Shown: piece after piece, positions 10,512 to 23,040 of the stretch | Position numbering within the stretch: position 1 is the stretch's first letter | How the letters are laid out: every line of letters starts with the position of its first letter | Origin: Basidiobolus meristosporus CBS 931.73 | Taxonomy: Eukaryota > Fungi > Basidiobolomycota | NCBI GenBank assembly: GCA_002104905.1 | Contig: MCFE01000031.1 | Coordinates: 1-64,000 of the forward strand | Direction of reading: 5' to 3' | Length of the DNA stretch: 64,000 nt | The notes under the pieces: model-generated | Database searches by the model: none | The model's input: the letters and a program-made list of their open reading frames with translations, nothing else | Told to the model about the DNA's origin: nothing | Made by a program: the position numbers and the translations under genes

Positions 10512-11557
10512 ATGAGATTAATCATCCGGGACGATTATAACGCGGTCAGTCAGTACATTGGTGAGTGGCTTTTTCCCAATCAACCGCTTTACTCAGCGAG
10601 AGGCTGAAGATTGTTTCTTTGTAGCTGAGTACGTCCGGAGTCGTATCATCGAGTTCGACCCTAGTGAGGACAAGCCGTTTGTCTTGGGCCTACCCACTGG
10701 AAGTTCTCCGATTGGACTGTACAAGGCTCTTATTCAATTTTACAAGGAAGGCACTCTGTCGTTCAGACACGTGGTGACATTCAACATGGACGAATATGTA
10801 GGCCTGCCAGAGCATCACCCAGAGAGCTACCACTCGTTCATGTGGAAATACTTGTTCAAGCATATCGATATCGATCCAAAGAATGTAAACATGCTGAACG
10901 GTAATGCTGAGGACCTCTTGCAGGAATGTACAGATTACGAAGAGAAAATCAAAGCTTTGGGAGGAATCGAGCTCTTCATTGGTGGTATAGGGCCCGATGG
11001 CCATATCGCCTTCAACGAGCCGGGCTCATCACTAACATCAAGAACTAGGATCAAGACTTTGGCATATGAAACTATCCTAGCAAACGCCAGATTCTTTGGC
11101 GGTGATATTCACAAGGTACCAAAGCTCGCATTGACTGTTGGTGTAGCGTAAGTGTCATCGATTTTCTGCTCAATGAGGCTGGTCATTGATCTTTTTCGGC
11201 ACTTAGCACAGTTATGGATGCCAAGGACATCTGCATCATCATCACGGGCCAGCACAAATCTCTTGCTCTGGCCAAGTGTATCGAAGAGGGGGTAAATCAT
11301 ATGGTATGTTGGGCTAACTCTATCATCACGTTTCATGGTTTTTTTAGTAAAAATGGATTCTGCAGTGGACAGTCTCTGCTATACAGCTTCACCCTAGTGC
11401 CCTGATTGTTTGTGATGAGGACGCAACTAACGAGCTTCACGTCAAGACAGTGAAATACTTCAAAAGTATCGAGCAGGTTCAGGATCAACTCATCGGAAGA
11501 GAGAACCTTGACCTAAAGGGATCTGTCAGAAGATTCAGCCCCAAGCTAATTCGTTGA
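10512..11557 (+). CDS. NAG1: Glucosamine-6-phosphate deaminase (NagB/GNPDA), multi-exon
   Basis: MRLIIRDDY start, [46 protein letters not shown] and VKYFKSIE motifs. Confidence 0.97.
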
Positions 11558-11704
11558 TGTCAGTTAATGAGCACAATCTATCTGTATCAAAGGCCTTTAT
11601 TAGCCGAGCTGATGAGCACAGTCTCTATCAAAGGCCCTTATTAGCCGAGCTTCCAATGAATAAACATAATTTGTGTGGGGTCTGTATCAATGTTGGGGGA
11701 GACT

Positions 11705-12860
11705 CTATGATGGTGATGGGTTGAGGTTTTCGGCAAATGGATTTCTGACTCTGGTGTGTGTGAAGTCAACTTCCTGTGACTTCAAGAAATCTACAACACT
11801 CGCAAAGTTCGATTCCTTTGGTTGGTAGTGTCCACTGTGTGGGTTAATTGTCACAAGCCGGCCATGATTGACACAAATCCCTCCAGCCGCTGCTACGCTC
11901 TGGCCAGCCATGATGCTCGAATGCTGAAAATAGCCTTTGACTTTGCGATGGATATAGAGATGATTATCCGGGGATAACACATAGATATATTTGTGCTTGT
12001 TTCGCAGCACCTTCTTTGCCTTACGCGTTTCGGGATCATCGTTTGGATCGTTTTCGGGCAAATATTCATCTTCGTCGACATTGGCGTCTGCTGGCACTGA
12101 ATCCGGTAGGGTATGAACCAGCGTCCCATCGCGAGCATAAGTCAGAAGGTGTGTCGAAGGATCGACACACACCCTGAATGCCTCACGTTCCTCGTACGAA
12201 CAGTACTTGATTTTCTCTCTCATTAAACGCTCTCTTGGCCTCTCTTCCAGGTCAACATTTTTACCATCGCCATAGTCTAGCCAGTAAAAGAAGTTATGGG
12301 TGGTGTTTTTTTGTCGTTGCCAGTATTGGAAATATGGCTGGAAAGGGTGCGTTAGGCTTGTGTGGACTTTTCGGGTCGAAAGTGAAAGGATACCTACCAG
12401 TAAATTAGAGCCATAGCGGTGCTCCAGATCAACACACTCAAGCCAATGTTCTGTAAGTAATAGCAGAGGGTTGCTTTCAACACAAGAGGACCCCTGTTCA
12501 GACTAAGTAATTGAAAAAAAGAAGATAAGATAGCAAGCATTTCTACCTTGCCGAGTTTCGAACTTAAGAAGTGAGCTCGCTGCCAGCGAGCTTTGGCTCT
12601 CTGAGAGGGGGATAACTCCTCTAGATTATCCGTGGTTAGCAACTGGCTCTGCACGAAACCAAGCAGCTCTTTCCATCTTGTAGCATTTAAGGTCATGCCT
12701 TGCAGCTCGCGTCTGGCACTTTATGTCGAACATCTTGCTTTAGAAGGACCTCTTAAAGGGAAAAGCCCATACAAAAGAAAAGGAATTACCGATAACCACG
12801 AAAAGCCTTTTGTATCATCAGAGCACTTTTATCTTCTGTCATCACAGACGCTTCGGCCAT
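11705..12860 (-). CDS. IQ calmodulin-binding motif protein (plant IQM / fungal IQ-domain family)
   Basis: Spliced MAEASVMTEDKSALMIQKAFRGYRARRELQG (IQ motif), DLEHRYGSNL, NFFYWLDYGDG and FQHSS..AG..V.AAG.I....G.L..I.PHSGHY. Confidence 0.85.
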
Positions 12861-13243
12861 CTTTGTATAAGGTTCCTGGACACTTTTAGGAAGGAAAACT
12901 CTCGACGGAGTAAACTTGATAAGGTAAGTAGTGTGCTAGTCCTCATTGAGGCTAATGATCATATCAGATTGGATCATGCGCTGAGCAGGTTGGATTTAAA
13001 CCCACTCAACATTAGTCGATGTTAATTTGAAACAGTCACGAAGCACAGATAATCAAAGAAAACGATACTTATAAATCATGATAGTTATCATTTCCAAGAT
13101 AATTCCAGTCAACGTGTTTGTAATTTTGGTTATTAGCTGGCACTCTACGTAGGTCTTGGATAACAGTAACGCTACCCTTTCAAGTCAATATCTGATAAGT
13201 ACGAATATTTTGGATTGGAACCAAATCAACATACGCGCTCAAG

Positions 13244-14567
13244 ATGAACACGAACAGCGAGAGCTCCAAACATTTCCCATCCACCTACGATGAAGAATGT
13301 TATGGTTAGTTGGAATTCACGTTGACTGCTCCACCCCACTTTGAAATAGAGCATAGAAACCGCCCGGTTTGCAATTTCGTCCACAAATCTCTCGAACCTT
13401 CGCAAACCTCTTTCCTCTTCTATGCCGTTATTTTTTTCACTAAGCCCATGTTTTTATCTATCCCTCTTTCAAGATGAAGCACCGATGGACTGTTCTTGTT
13501 AGTTGCCTCGTTGTTATTCCGCTTTTCTTCAGAACTCTAACCCACATTTTTCTATTGGTCCTGAAGCGTCAGACATCAGCCAGGATTCAGAAATTGTGTC
13601 CTGGATCACTTGGTTCTGTTCCCTTTCAGGACACGAATATCTTGTGGAAGTTTCAGAAGATTTTATAGAAGACGATTTCAATTTGACCGGCCTAAGTTCA
13701 ACCGTCCCATGCTATCGCGAGGCGATCGAGATGATTCTAGATATAGAACCAGGTGATTGTTCGTGGCGTTCCCCAAACAGCCATTACTTTATCAACTGAC
13801 AACATCTTCTAGAAAACGACCAACAGGACATCGACATCAGTGTTATCGAGTCTTCCGCAGAGCAACTCTACGGATTAATTCACCAGCGTTATATCTTGAC
13901 CCGACAAGGGCTAGAAAAGATGGTTTGTTGATTCCCCAGCTGATGTTTGTTGTGGTACCGCCTGCTAAAGCAGTCCCCCATCTAGGCTGATAAATATGAG
14001 AGAGGAGAATTTGGATATTGCCCAAGGTACCATTGTAATGCTACTCCTGTGGTGCCATGCGGCCGCGTTGACACACTCGGCACAGAGACTGTGAAGCTGT
14101 ACTGTTTCAATTGCATGGATATCTATTCGCCCCCTAGTTCGAAGTTCCAACACTTAGACGGTAGAGGTGGTTCGTTTCTATGGCAACCAAACATAGTTCT
14201 AACGTCAAGCTTAGGAGCATTTTTCGGGACTACCTTCCCACATATGTTCTTATTGCTACTCTATCCAGACGCATATCGAAGATACACCAATGATACGTAT
14301 GTTCCGAAAATATATGGATTCAAAATCCACGAAACTAGTAAAAACGGCCCCAAGAACCCCTGGCTACGAATCAGGCCCACTCCCAGCGTATCCGGATCTA
14401 GTACGGAGGAAGACGAGGAAGAGGGGGACTTCTGGGACAACTCCGAGAAACCTGTGCCCGAAATGGAGCAAAAGACTTTAACGGAGGACATGGCCAATGT
14501 CGATGGTAAGCAGAGCCACCGAAAAGCTGACCACTTGCGTATATTGATCTTTGCCAATGAATTGTAA
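13244..14567 (+). CDS. CKB1: Casein kinase II regulatory subunit beta
   Basis: SWITWFCSL.GHEYLVEVSEDFIEDDFNLTGL, EQLYGLIHQRYIL, zinc finger CPRYHC..VPCG..VKLYCFNCMDIY, and GAFFGTTFPHM. The start exon (13244) is inferred from splice signals. Confidence 0.93.
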
Positions 14568-14869
14568 AGACCCCGTACCGCCCAGTACAGCGACTGATGT
14601 GGCAGCCCCAGGAAACGACACGCCGGTTCAACTTTGATTATTGGCATGTTCTCAACTGTTCATAACGGCGATTTCTTTCGATGGTTGCCCAGTAAGTTGG
14701 TGGAGCGATTCATGTGAAAACCATAGAGTCTAAGGGGCTTGTTCTATCCTAGTTAGAATGACACTGCTATTTGTAAGAGGGATTAGAGCTTCGAGATTGA
14801 TCGAAATACGTACCATGGACTGTGCGAAGTAAATAAAGTAATGTGTATATTTTCCACAGCATGCCCCCA

Positions 14870-14983
14870 TTGTTTCAACCCTGTTTCTTGGTTGTGCCAT
14901 CATTTGTTTCAACCCTGTATTGTGGTTGTGCCATCATTTGTTTCAACCCTGTACTGTGGTTGTATTAGCGTTTGTTTCAACCC
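14870..14983. repeat. 34-bp period tandem repeat, about 3.4 copies
   Basis: TGTTTCAACC recurs at 14871, 14905, 14939 and 14973 with similar intervening sequence. Confidence 0.85.
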
Positions 14984-15430
14984 ACCCATTGTGGCAATCG
15001 AGTCTCCCCAAAAACGGTTGATAATAGCCAAAGCGCACGAGGGTCTCTTCATCCAGATTGATTGGTTAAATTCCACTAGAAAGTGTCTAACCAGGTGGTG
15101 CTATTAGAGCTATTGAGTGGAAAATCAAAGTGGGACAAGAAGTGGAAAGGATTGTCACCCACAAATATGTATAATCACCTCCAGTTCAACAAGATGCCGC
15201 TGAGCAGGTATACGTAGCATGACAATTTTGCCATAAACACTAAATTCCTGCCTAATTTGGGAATTTCTATCATTTCTTTCCTGTGGGCAGATGGGATGCT
15301 CCATCATCGCTGTATAACCGTTTGATGATATGTGGCCATGTGGGCTCAATGTGAAAGATGGTTTGCTAGCTTCGTTAAAGACAAGCTATAAATACGACCT
15401 GGAGTATGCACACCACACATCCAACACATC

Positions 15431-17208
15431 ATGGCTGAAGAATACTCAAGATTGACAAATGTCCCTGGCCGTTTAGAACAGATGACATGGAGTAGCTGGC
15501 ACACAAAGGTAGACTGTTTGAAATGACTGTCCATATGTATAGATATATATTTTAACCAAATCCCCATCAGGTTACTGCAGTTTTGGGTGCTGGTTGGGCT
15601 CTCGATGCATACGAGATCGGAATTGTCGATGCTGTGCTGAACCTGCTTAAAGAACAATTCAACATTACTAGTCAACAGGCTACATATATCAAGGTTGTCT
15701 GGCTGCTAGGTGCACTGATCGGCGCCATAGGATTTGGTTACGTTTCCGATCGTTATGGGAGAAAGAAAGCGTTTCTACTGACCATCCTAATGTACAGTTT
15801 CTTCACCATAGTCACAGGTATGTCTTGCTTGCCATAAGGTGTTGCTCAGTATTCTGTGATTAACCAACACCCATCTCCTGCAGCCTTTTCCGTCAACTAC
15901 CCAATGTTCTTGGTATTCCGCGGCTTAACTGCCATTGGAGTCGGTGCCGAATACACAGCCGTCAATGCCACAATTGCTGAGTTTATCCCGGCCAAGTACC
16001 GAGGGGGTGTGAATACTCTTGTCATGTCCACCTGGGCTGTTGGTGCCCTCCTTGCTAATGCGATTCAGGTAAGCATCTTGGAAGAGTCATGCTCACCATG
16101 CCCAACCCTCAGCCACATTTGATGCTCCTGCTTTCCCACCCCTACATGGATTCATCATCCTCTCTGGATCACAACCACTGATTTAACCCGGTTTCATACT
16201 TGTAGATTCCATTGATCAAATACCTCAATCCAGACTTGTGTTGGCGCATTGGGATGGGTAGTGGTGCTGTGGCTGCACTCTGTGTATTCTGGTTCCGCAG
16301 GGCCCTTCCTGAGTCTCCACGCTGGTACCTGAGTCAGGGCCGATTTGAGGAAGCGTCCGCCGTGGTCAGCCAGATCGAATCCCTCGCTGGACAGCCTTTG
16401 AAGGACCCGGACAGTGTCGAGAAGATGGTGTACGATGTACCCAAGCACACCAACTTCCTTGGCCACATCTCCACACTCTTCTTAAAGTACCCTGGCCGCA
16501 CTGTGTACGCAATGATCCTCAATGGCTCGCAAGCGTTCGGAGACTACGGAGTTGCTGGCTTCATGTCCCTCGCCATTCTTCCATTGGCAAAGATCCCCAA
16601 TGAGAACATGCCAACCATTCTACCTGCTGGGTAATGTGGCCACCGTGCCCGCTGGCCTCCTGAATTCATGGCTCATGGTGAAGGTGGATCGTAAGAAGCT
16701 TGTTCCTCTCAACTACATATTGGCCATTGTTACTGCTGCATGCCTTCTCCCCGCCGCTAACACAGTAGAAAGAACTGGCTCCATTGTCAGCTTACAGCTA
16801 ACATACTGTGCCTACATGTTTGCGTATACCATGGCCTGGACGACTGCATACCCCACACTGACAGAAGTTTTCCCCACTCACCTTCGTTCAAGTGGTATTG
16901 GTGTGGCCGTTGCTGCCGGGCGCATCGCCGGCGCAATTGCTCCTGTAGTAATGGTAGCAATATTTGAGCAGACAGGTCCTTTCGATCCATCTACCGGAAA
17001 GCACGCCAATGTTGGAGGAGCCATCGGGTTATTGGCAGGATTCTTTGGTCTCGCACTGCTGGCATCAATTCCATGGTACTTCTTCGGTGTGGAAGGTCGT
17101 AATATGACTTTAGAAGGAATCGCACAAGGGGAACAAAAATGTGAAACGCAAGAGCTAGAAGAACAGTCGATCGACAAAAAACTAGATTATTATCATCGCA
17201 GCGCATGA
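15431..17208 (+). CDS. MFS transporter copy A (bacterial-like sugar porter/SV2-related subfamily), with a +1 frameshift at about 16615
   Basis: Exons about 15431-15508, 15571-15817, 15884-16068 and 16206-17208. Motif A SDRYGRKK, GVGAEY, EFIPAKYRG, PESPRWY and EVFPTHLRSSG. An extra C in ccaaccattc relative to copy B. Confidence 0.88.
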
Positions 17209-17807
17209 GTAAATAAAAGTAAAGTTCTAGAAATATTTGTTTACAATAATTGATTACTACCGTTTGTACCCCAACAACGGTGAAGATCCCTCTATTATAT
17301 ACTAGTATGCCTTTTGCCTACTTGGTCTACTTACTCCTTGTGCGTTGCATAATACACGCTTGTCAGAATGCGTCGGCTAGAACATCAGCTATTGTGGCTG
17401 CGGCAAAGTTGACCTTCGCTATAAGGCAAAGCGTACCTTCTGGATAAAAAGGAATCACACAGCGCAGACTATCTATGAAAGATCAACTCTGCCGATCCTC
17501 ATATATTGAGCTACATCCAACTACATATCACCAATTTACCACTGAGACTTGGACCAGCACACATGATACAAACATCTTTAGAATAACTCTTTCAAAACAG
17601 ATATATACTGGATAGAGTACTCTTCTTCCCGACTACGTGGAATACCTATCCATGTCATAAGAGCTGTAACTCTAACCGGCCATATAACTCAAGAGCGTAA
17701 TACCTAACTTACAGCTTCATCCTTTGAAACGCGGTGAGTTTGATGAAGTTGCCTCAACAAAATTAGATGCAAAAATGTTTATTCAATTAATTAAGTGATG
17801 AAAAATT

Positions 17808-19596
17808 CTAGATTTTCTTGGTTACTTTTTCGTTGTCATGGTCGAAGGTCAATTTTTCCATATTTTCTCCAGCTTCTGTCGCAACAGATTGCTTCTTGCG
17901 ATTATCCATCATCCCTTCTAAAGTCATATTACGACCTTCCACACCGAAGAAGTACCATGGAATTGATGCCAGCAGTGCGAGACCAAAGAATCCTGACAAT
18001 AACCCGATGGCTCCTCCAACATTGGCGTGCTTTCCGGTAGACGGATCCAGGGGCCCAGTTTCTTCGAAAATTGAAACCATTAACAATGGTGCGACCGCTC
18101 CCGCAACACGTCCAGCAGCAACGGCCACACCAATACCACTTGAACGAAGGTGGGTGGGGAAAACTTCTGTTAATGCAGGATAGGCAGTTGTCCAGGCCAT
18201 GGTATACGCAAACATGTAGGCACAGTATGTTAGCTGTAAGCTGACAATGGAGCCGGTACTCTCTGCCACATTAGCAGCAGGGAGAAGGCATGCAGCAGTA
18301 ACAATGGCCAATATGTAGTTGAGAGGAACAAGCTTCTTACGATCCACCTTCACCATGAGCCATGAGTTCAGGAGGCCAGCGGGCACGGTGGCCACATTAC
18401 CCAGCAGGTAGAATGTTGGCATGTTCTCATTGGGGATCTTTGCCAATGGAAGAATGGCGAGGGACATGAAGCCAGCAACTCCGTAGTCTCCGAACGCTGC
18501 GAGCCATTGAGGATCATTGCGTACACAGTGCGGCCAGGGTACTTTAAGAAGAGTGTGGAGATGTGGCCAAGGAAGTTGGTGTGCTTGGGTACATCGTACA
18601 CCATCTTCTCGACACTGTCCGGGTCCTTCAAAGGCTGTCCAGCGAGAGATTCGATCTGGCTGACCACGGCGGACGCTTCCTCAAATCGGCCCTGACTCAG
18701 GTACCAGCGTGGAGACTCAGGAAGGGCCCTGCGGAACCAGAATACACAGAGCGCAGCCACAGCACCACTACCCATCCCAATGCGCCAACACAAGTCTGGA
18801 TTGAGGTATTTGATCAATGGAATCTACAAGTATGAAACCGGGTTAAATCAGTGGTTGTGATCCAGAGAGGATGATGAATCCATGTAGGGGTGGGAAAGCA
18901 GGAGCATCAAATGTGGCTGAGGGTTGGGCATGGTGAGCATGACTCTTCCAAGATGCTTACCTGAATCGCATTAGCAAGGAGGGCACCAACAGCCCAGGTG
19001 GACATGACAAGAGTATTCACACCCCCTCGGTACTTGGCCGGGATAAACTCAGCAATTGTGGCATTGACGGCTGTGTATTCGGCACCGACTCCAATGGCAG
19101 TTAAGCCGCGGAATACCAAGAACATTGGGTAGTTGACGGAAAAGGCTGCAGGAGATGGGTGTTGGTTAATCACAGAATACTGAACAACGCCTTATGGCAA
19201 GAAAGGCATACCTGTGACTATGGTGAAGAAACTATACATGATAATTGTCATCAGGAAGGTTTTCTTTCTCCCATAACGATCGGAAACGTAACCAAATCCA
19301 AGAGCACCAATTAGGGCGCCTACTAGCCAGACGGTTTTGATGTAGGTTGCTTGCTGCGATGTTACTTTGAATTGTTCTTTAAGAAGATTTAGAACAGCGG
19401 AGACGATGTTAATTTCATAAGCATCTAGAGCCCAGCCAGCCCCAAGCACAGCGGTAATCTACAAGAAAACTTAGAATCTTCCTATGGAAGGCAATAGAAG
19501 TAAAGTTACCTTTGTATGCCAACGACTCCACTTGAGCTGTTCTATACGGGCAGGGACGTCAGTTAATTGAGCTTCGCCGGATTGCTTATTGTCCAT
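17808..19596 (-). CDS. MFS transporter copy B (inverted paralogue of copy A), with a -1 frameshift at about 18498
   Basis: MDNKQSGEAQLTDVPARIEQLKWSRWHTK start and the same intron positions as copy A. The central region is near-identical to A including introns. It lacks one A in tcgcaagcg relative to A. Confidence 0.88.
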
Positions 19597-20719
19597 CTAG
19601 TATCAGATCTAGGCTATTAGATACTTGGATATGTTGTCAGCTACGAGATATTTATAGTGGATCTCCTCACAAGCTAACGTGCAGATTGTATCAAAGATTG
19701 GCCCGTGTCACCAATTTCACCTTCCCAAGATAAAGTATATAGATTATTGAACCTCTCTTGACCAACCATCACCATAGCTCCAAGTGTGATGCCTTTACCT
19801 TATCCACCTAAAATAACCTTAAATTAGAATATTTTAAGGTTTAGATACCAACAGGTTACGTTGCTTTCCGATTGTGAATTCCATTCGCAAGAATCTTATA
19901 ATTGATAAACTTTATCTTTACCTCGTTCAAGCGGACAATCGTCTCACAAACCATCCTGCACACCTGTACTCGGGAAATATAGGCATTTCCGGTGGGGAAG
20001 AAGGAAAAATTTGGCGGGGCATGATGGTTTGGTGAACGATGAATGGTTAGGCACGAATCGAGGTTTGCAAGTGTAGTGACCAGATATGCCATAATGACTA
20101 GTATCTATCTCGTGCCGAAATAGTTTGTAAGGATTGGTAGTTTACTAAGCCAGTTATTTGGAACTAGGTTGTACGAGTGATCATCAAGTCCAAGCGTGTC
20201 TCTTGGAGAGAATGCAATTCGCCTCTCGAGTGTTAAGGTAACAGTATACCGCGTGCAAATAAGATTCCATCAATCAGCCAGTAGTTTCTTTCCTCCTTGA
20301 CACTCGGTGCCCGATTCTTAAGGATGTGGCAATCGAACGAAAGGAAGACGAGGAAGAGGCGGACTTCCCATTACTTTTGATTTCCATGGATCTATTTGTG
20401 ACGGATCTACATAACCAGTTTACGATCTTCAGGTTGAGAAGCAGATTGAACCCAAACATTTGACTGCCATTTAGAATATTCAAGACGGTTAAGTTGGCGA
20501 TTACAATGTGATTAACTTCCCAATATAGACCAAATAAGCAATTGTGGATAGAGTCATGAGAAACACCTAATTTAGAAAATAATAAATGCAATGAAATCAT
20601 CGTAATTATTGTAATAAACCGGGCGACTAATAGCATCCTATATCATTCTTGAACTCCTCAAGTAAGACCAGCTAACCTTAAGTTAGCGTTAACCCTTCAC
20701 TCAAGTTTAGAACAACGAG

Positions 20720-23040
20720 ATGAGTACCCAAGAAGTCGACAGAATAGCCAGAGACATGAATTACAATTCTTTACAAGAGCTTCTAAGTGCTCTACCAACC
20801 ACTCCAGAAGATAGGCCAAACAGTAATAAGGTTGAAAGAGATTCGGCACGAAACAGAGCTGTAGGCAACGCAGCAGCACAACGTTCTAGGCCGACATCTA
20901 TGTTTGAGGGAGTGGGCAGCGGCTCGTTGCTATCTAATGTCAGTCCAGCTACCAAAAGAAAGTGTGTGACCGCTCAAGTTTGTAAGTAGCTCAACGTATT
21001 ATTACTAGTATGTGGCAAGGCTGCGGTGACAAATTATTTGCATTTTTGTTGGTTCCTAGACTTTTTGGAATACTACTTTGACCTGTTGACCTACATACAT
21101 AAGCGAAAAATGCGCTTGGAAAAGTTCAAGTTGGATGCAGCTCATCAAGAGGTCTTGATAAAGATGAACTGTAGCTCTTCATGCATTTGCCCTAGGTAGC
21201 TAACCGGATGTCTTGCTTTGATTAGTGGAGTCCCGAAGAGAAAGCTGGAGAGTGGAAGAGATACTGCGGGAAGGAGCGTGTTTACCTTCGCAAAAGGAGA
21301 ACTCGTACCCGTGTCACGCACTTTCACATTTTGACCCAGGTCGGACAAGGAGGCTATGGACAGGTAGCAAGATGGAATATTTCTTGACTTTGGGCACAGA
21401 CTAATACCACATATCAAGGTCTTTCTTGCAAGGAAGAAGGATACAGGAGAGATCTGTGCCTTGAAGAAAATGAACAAGAAGCTGCTGTATAGGCACAATG
21501 AGGTAACATATATGGAGGGTCTACTGAAAATCAATGGCAATCATATCAATGTTCGTTCAGATACAACACATTCTCACAGAGCGTGATGTTCTTACATCGG
21601 CAAACTCCCCCTGGCTTGTTAGCCTGCTCTACGCTTTTCAGGATATTGACAACGTTTATTTGGCAATGGTCAGAAACAAATCCCTGAATGCCTGATGCTT
21701 ACAGCAACCTAAAGTCTGCCCACTCCATTCATATTTTAGGAATATGTTCCTGGTGGGGATTTAAGAACCCTACTGAACAACAACGGGTGTATCGCCGAGG
21801 AGTATACCAGCTTTTACATTGCAGAGATCGTCATGGCGGTCTCAGCACTCCATCAATTGGGTTACATCCATAGAGATCTGAAGCCCGAGGTAATTTGTAG
21901 AAATATCATAAATGGTTGGTTGATTCTAATGAGCTTCCAGAATTTCTTGATTGATGCGGCTGGTCACATTAAACTTACTGATTTTGGCCTGTCTACCGGT
22001 TCAATAAGCCCATTGAAGATCGAATCGTTGAGAGCCAAGGTAGGGCCAATTTCCTGGGGATAGTTGGTCAACATTATAGCTGACCACCTCTTTTTCACAG
22101 CTTGAGGCTGTCAAAGATAAACAGGTGGTACATAGGACCCCAGTGGAACGTAGAAGTATCCACCGGTCTGTTCGACGTGAATACATTGACTGGGTACGTG
22201 CTCTCTGCACATTTCAAGAACCTTTGTTAAAGTTGTTGCGTGCAGGCATACTCCCTTGTTGGCTCGGCGGACTATATGGCTCCAGAAATCCTGGAGAATA
22301 TTGGCTATGATTTTCTAGTTGATTACTGGTCAATTGGGTGCATTATGTTCGAGTTTCTAGCTGGCTATGCGCCTTTTACAGCGCCCAGTATGGAGGAGGT
22401 TTGGGGAAATGTATATCACTGGGACGAGGTTCTTGAGAGACCTCAATTCGAAGATGGTGAGGAGCTTTCCGACGAATCATGGGACTTGATTACAAAGTAA
22501 GGGATCTTGGGTCTCATGCGCACTTGCCATATACTCACCACCGCTCGTCCGCAGATTGATCACTTACCGAGATCAACGTTATTCCACCGTCTCCCAAATC
22601 CAAAGCCACCCATTCTTTGCTCAGTTGGATTGGGACCATTTGAGAGATATCAAGGTGACTGAGCTGCATAGGATATACATCAACTGGAATTTGACTGAAA
22701 CCCATCTCCTCTAGAACCCACCGTTTGTTCCACAGCTCGAGTCGGAGGAAGATGTCTCGCACTTCGATGACTTCAACAACCCCGACGACATGGAGATGTA
22801 TAAAGATGTCCATCTCAAGCAGCAGCAGCTGGAGGAATCGTTAACAGGCAAAGATGCTAGTGAGCGACTACCACGCTCTACTTTCGTTGGCTTCACTTTC
22901 CAGCACAAAGACCAGAAGGCTTGGATCGCCAAAAAAGAACAGCTAGCGAGCACACCGCAAGAGGAATTCGGTAAGCACGGCGCAGTCCAGTGTGTTGCCA
23001 ATTGCTGTTCTAACCCACGTTTCTAGGCACCATGTTTTGA
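20720..23040 (+). CDS. DBF2: NDR-family cell-cycle kinase Dbf2/Sid2
   Basis: [18 protein letters not shown]-binding region, [44 protein letters not shown] and C-terminal FVGFTFQH. Confidence 0.92.

Noticed and set aside
11567-11652. About 42-bp imperfect direct duplication between NAG1 and IQM 3' ends; a similar 37-bp duplication at about 31799-31866
   Set aside because: Two-copy slippage duplications in 3' UTR or intergenic DNA with no evidence of function.
12337-12397. GTATCCTTT (U12-type 5' splice consensus) in an IQM-gene intron
   Set aside because: The in-frame donor is GTAGGT, 4 nt upstream. Using the U12-like site would shift the frame, so it is an ordinary U2 intron.
14870-14983. 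GTTTCAACCC repeats at 34-bp spacing, reminiscent of a CRISPR repeat start
   Set aside because: The would-be spacers are near-identical, the conserved part is only about 12 bp, there are no cas genes and the host is eukaryotic. It is a simple tandem repeat.
20274-20636. 120-aa minus-strand ORF upstream of DBF2
   Set aside because: AT-rich composition, no domain, and located in the DBF2 promoter or 5'UTR region. Likely spurious.
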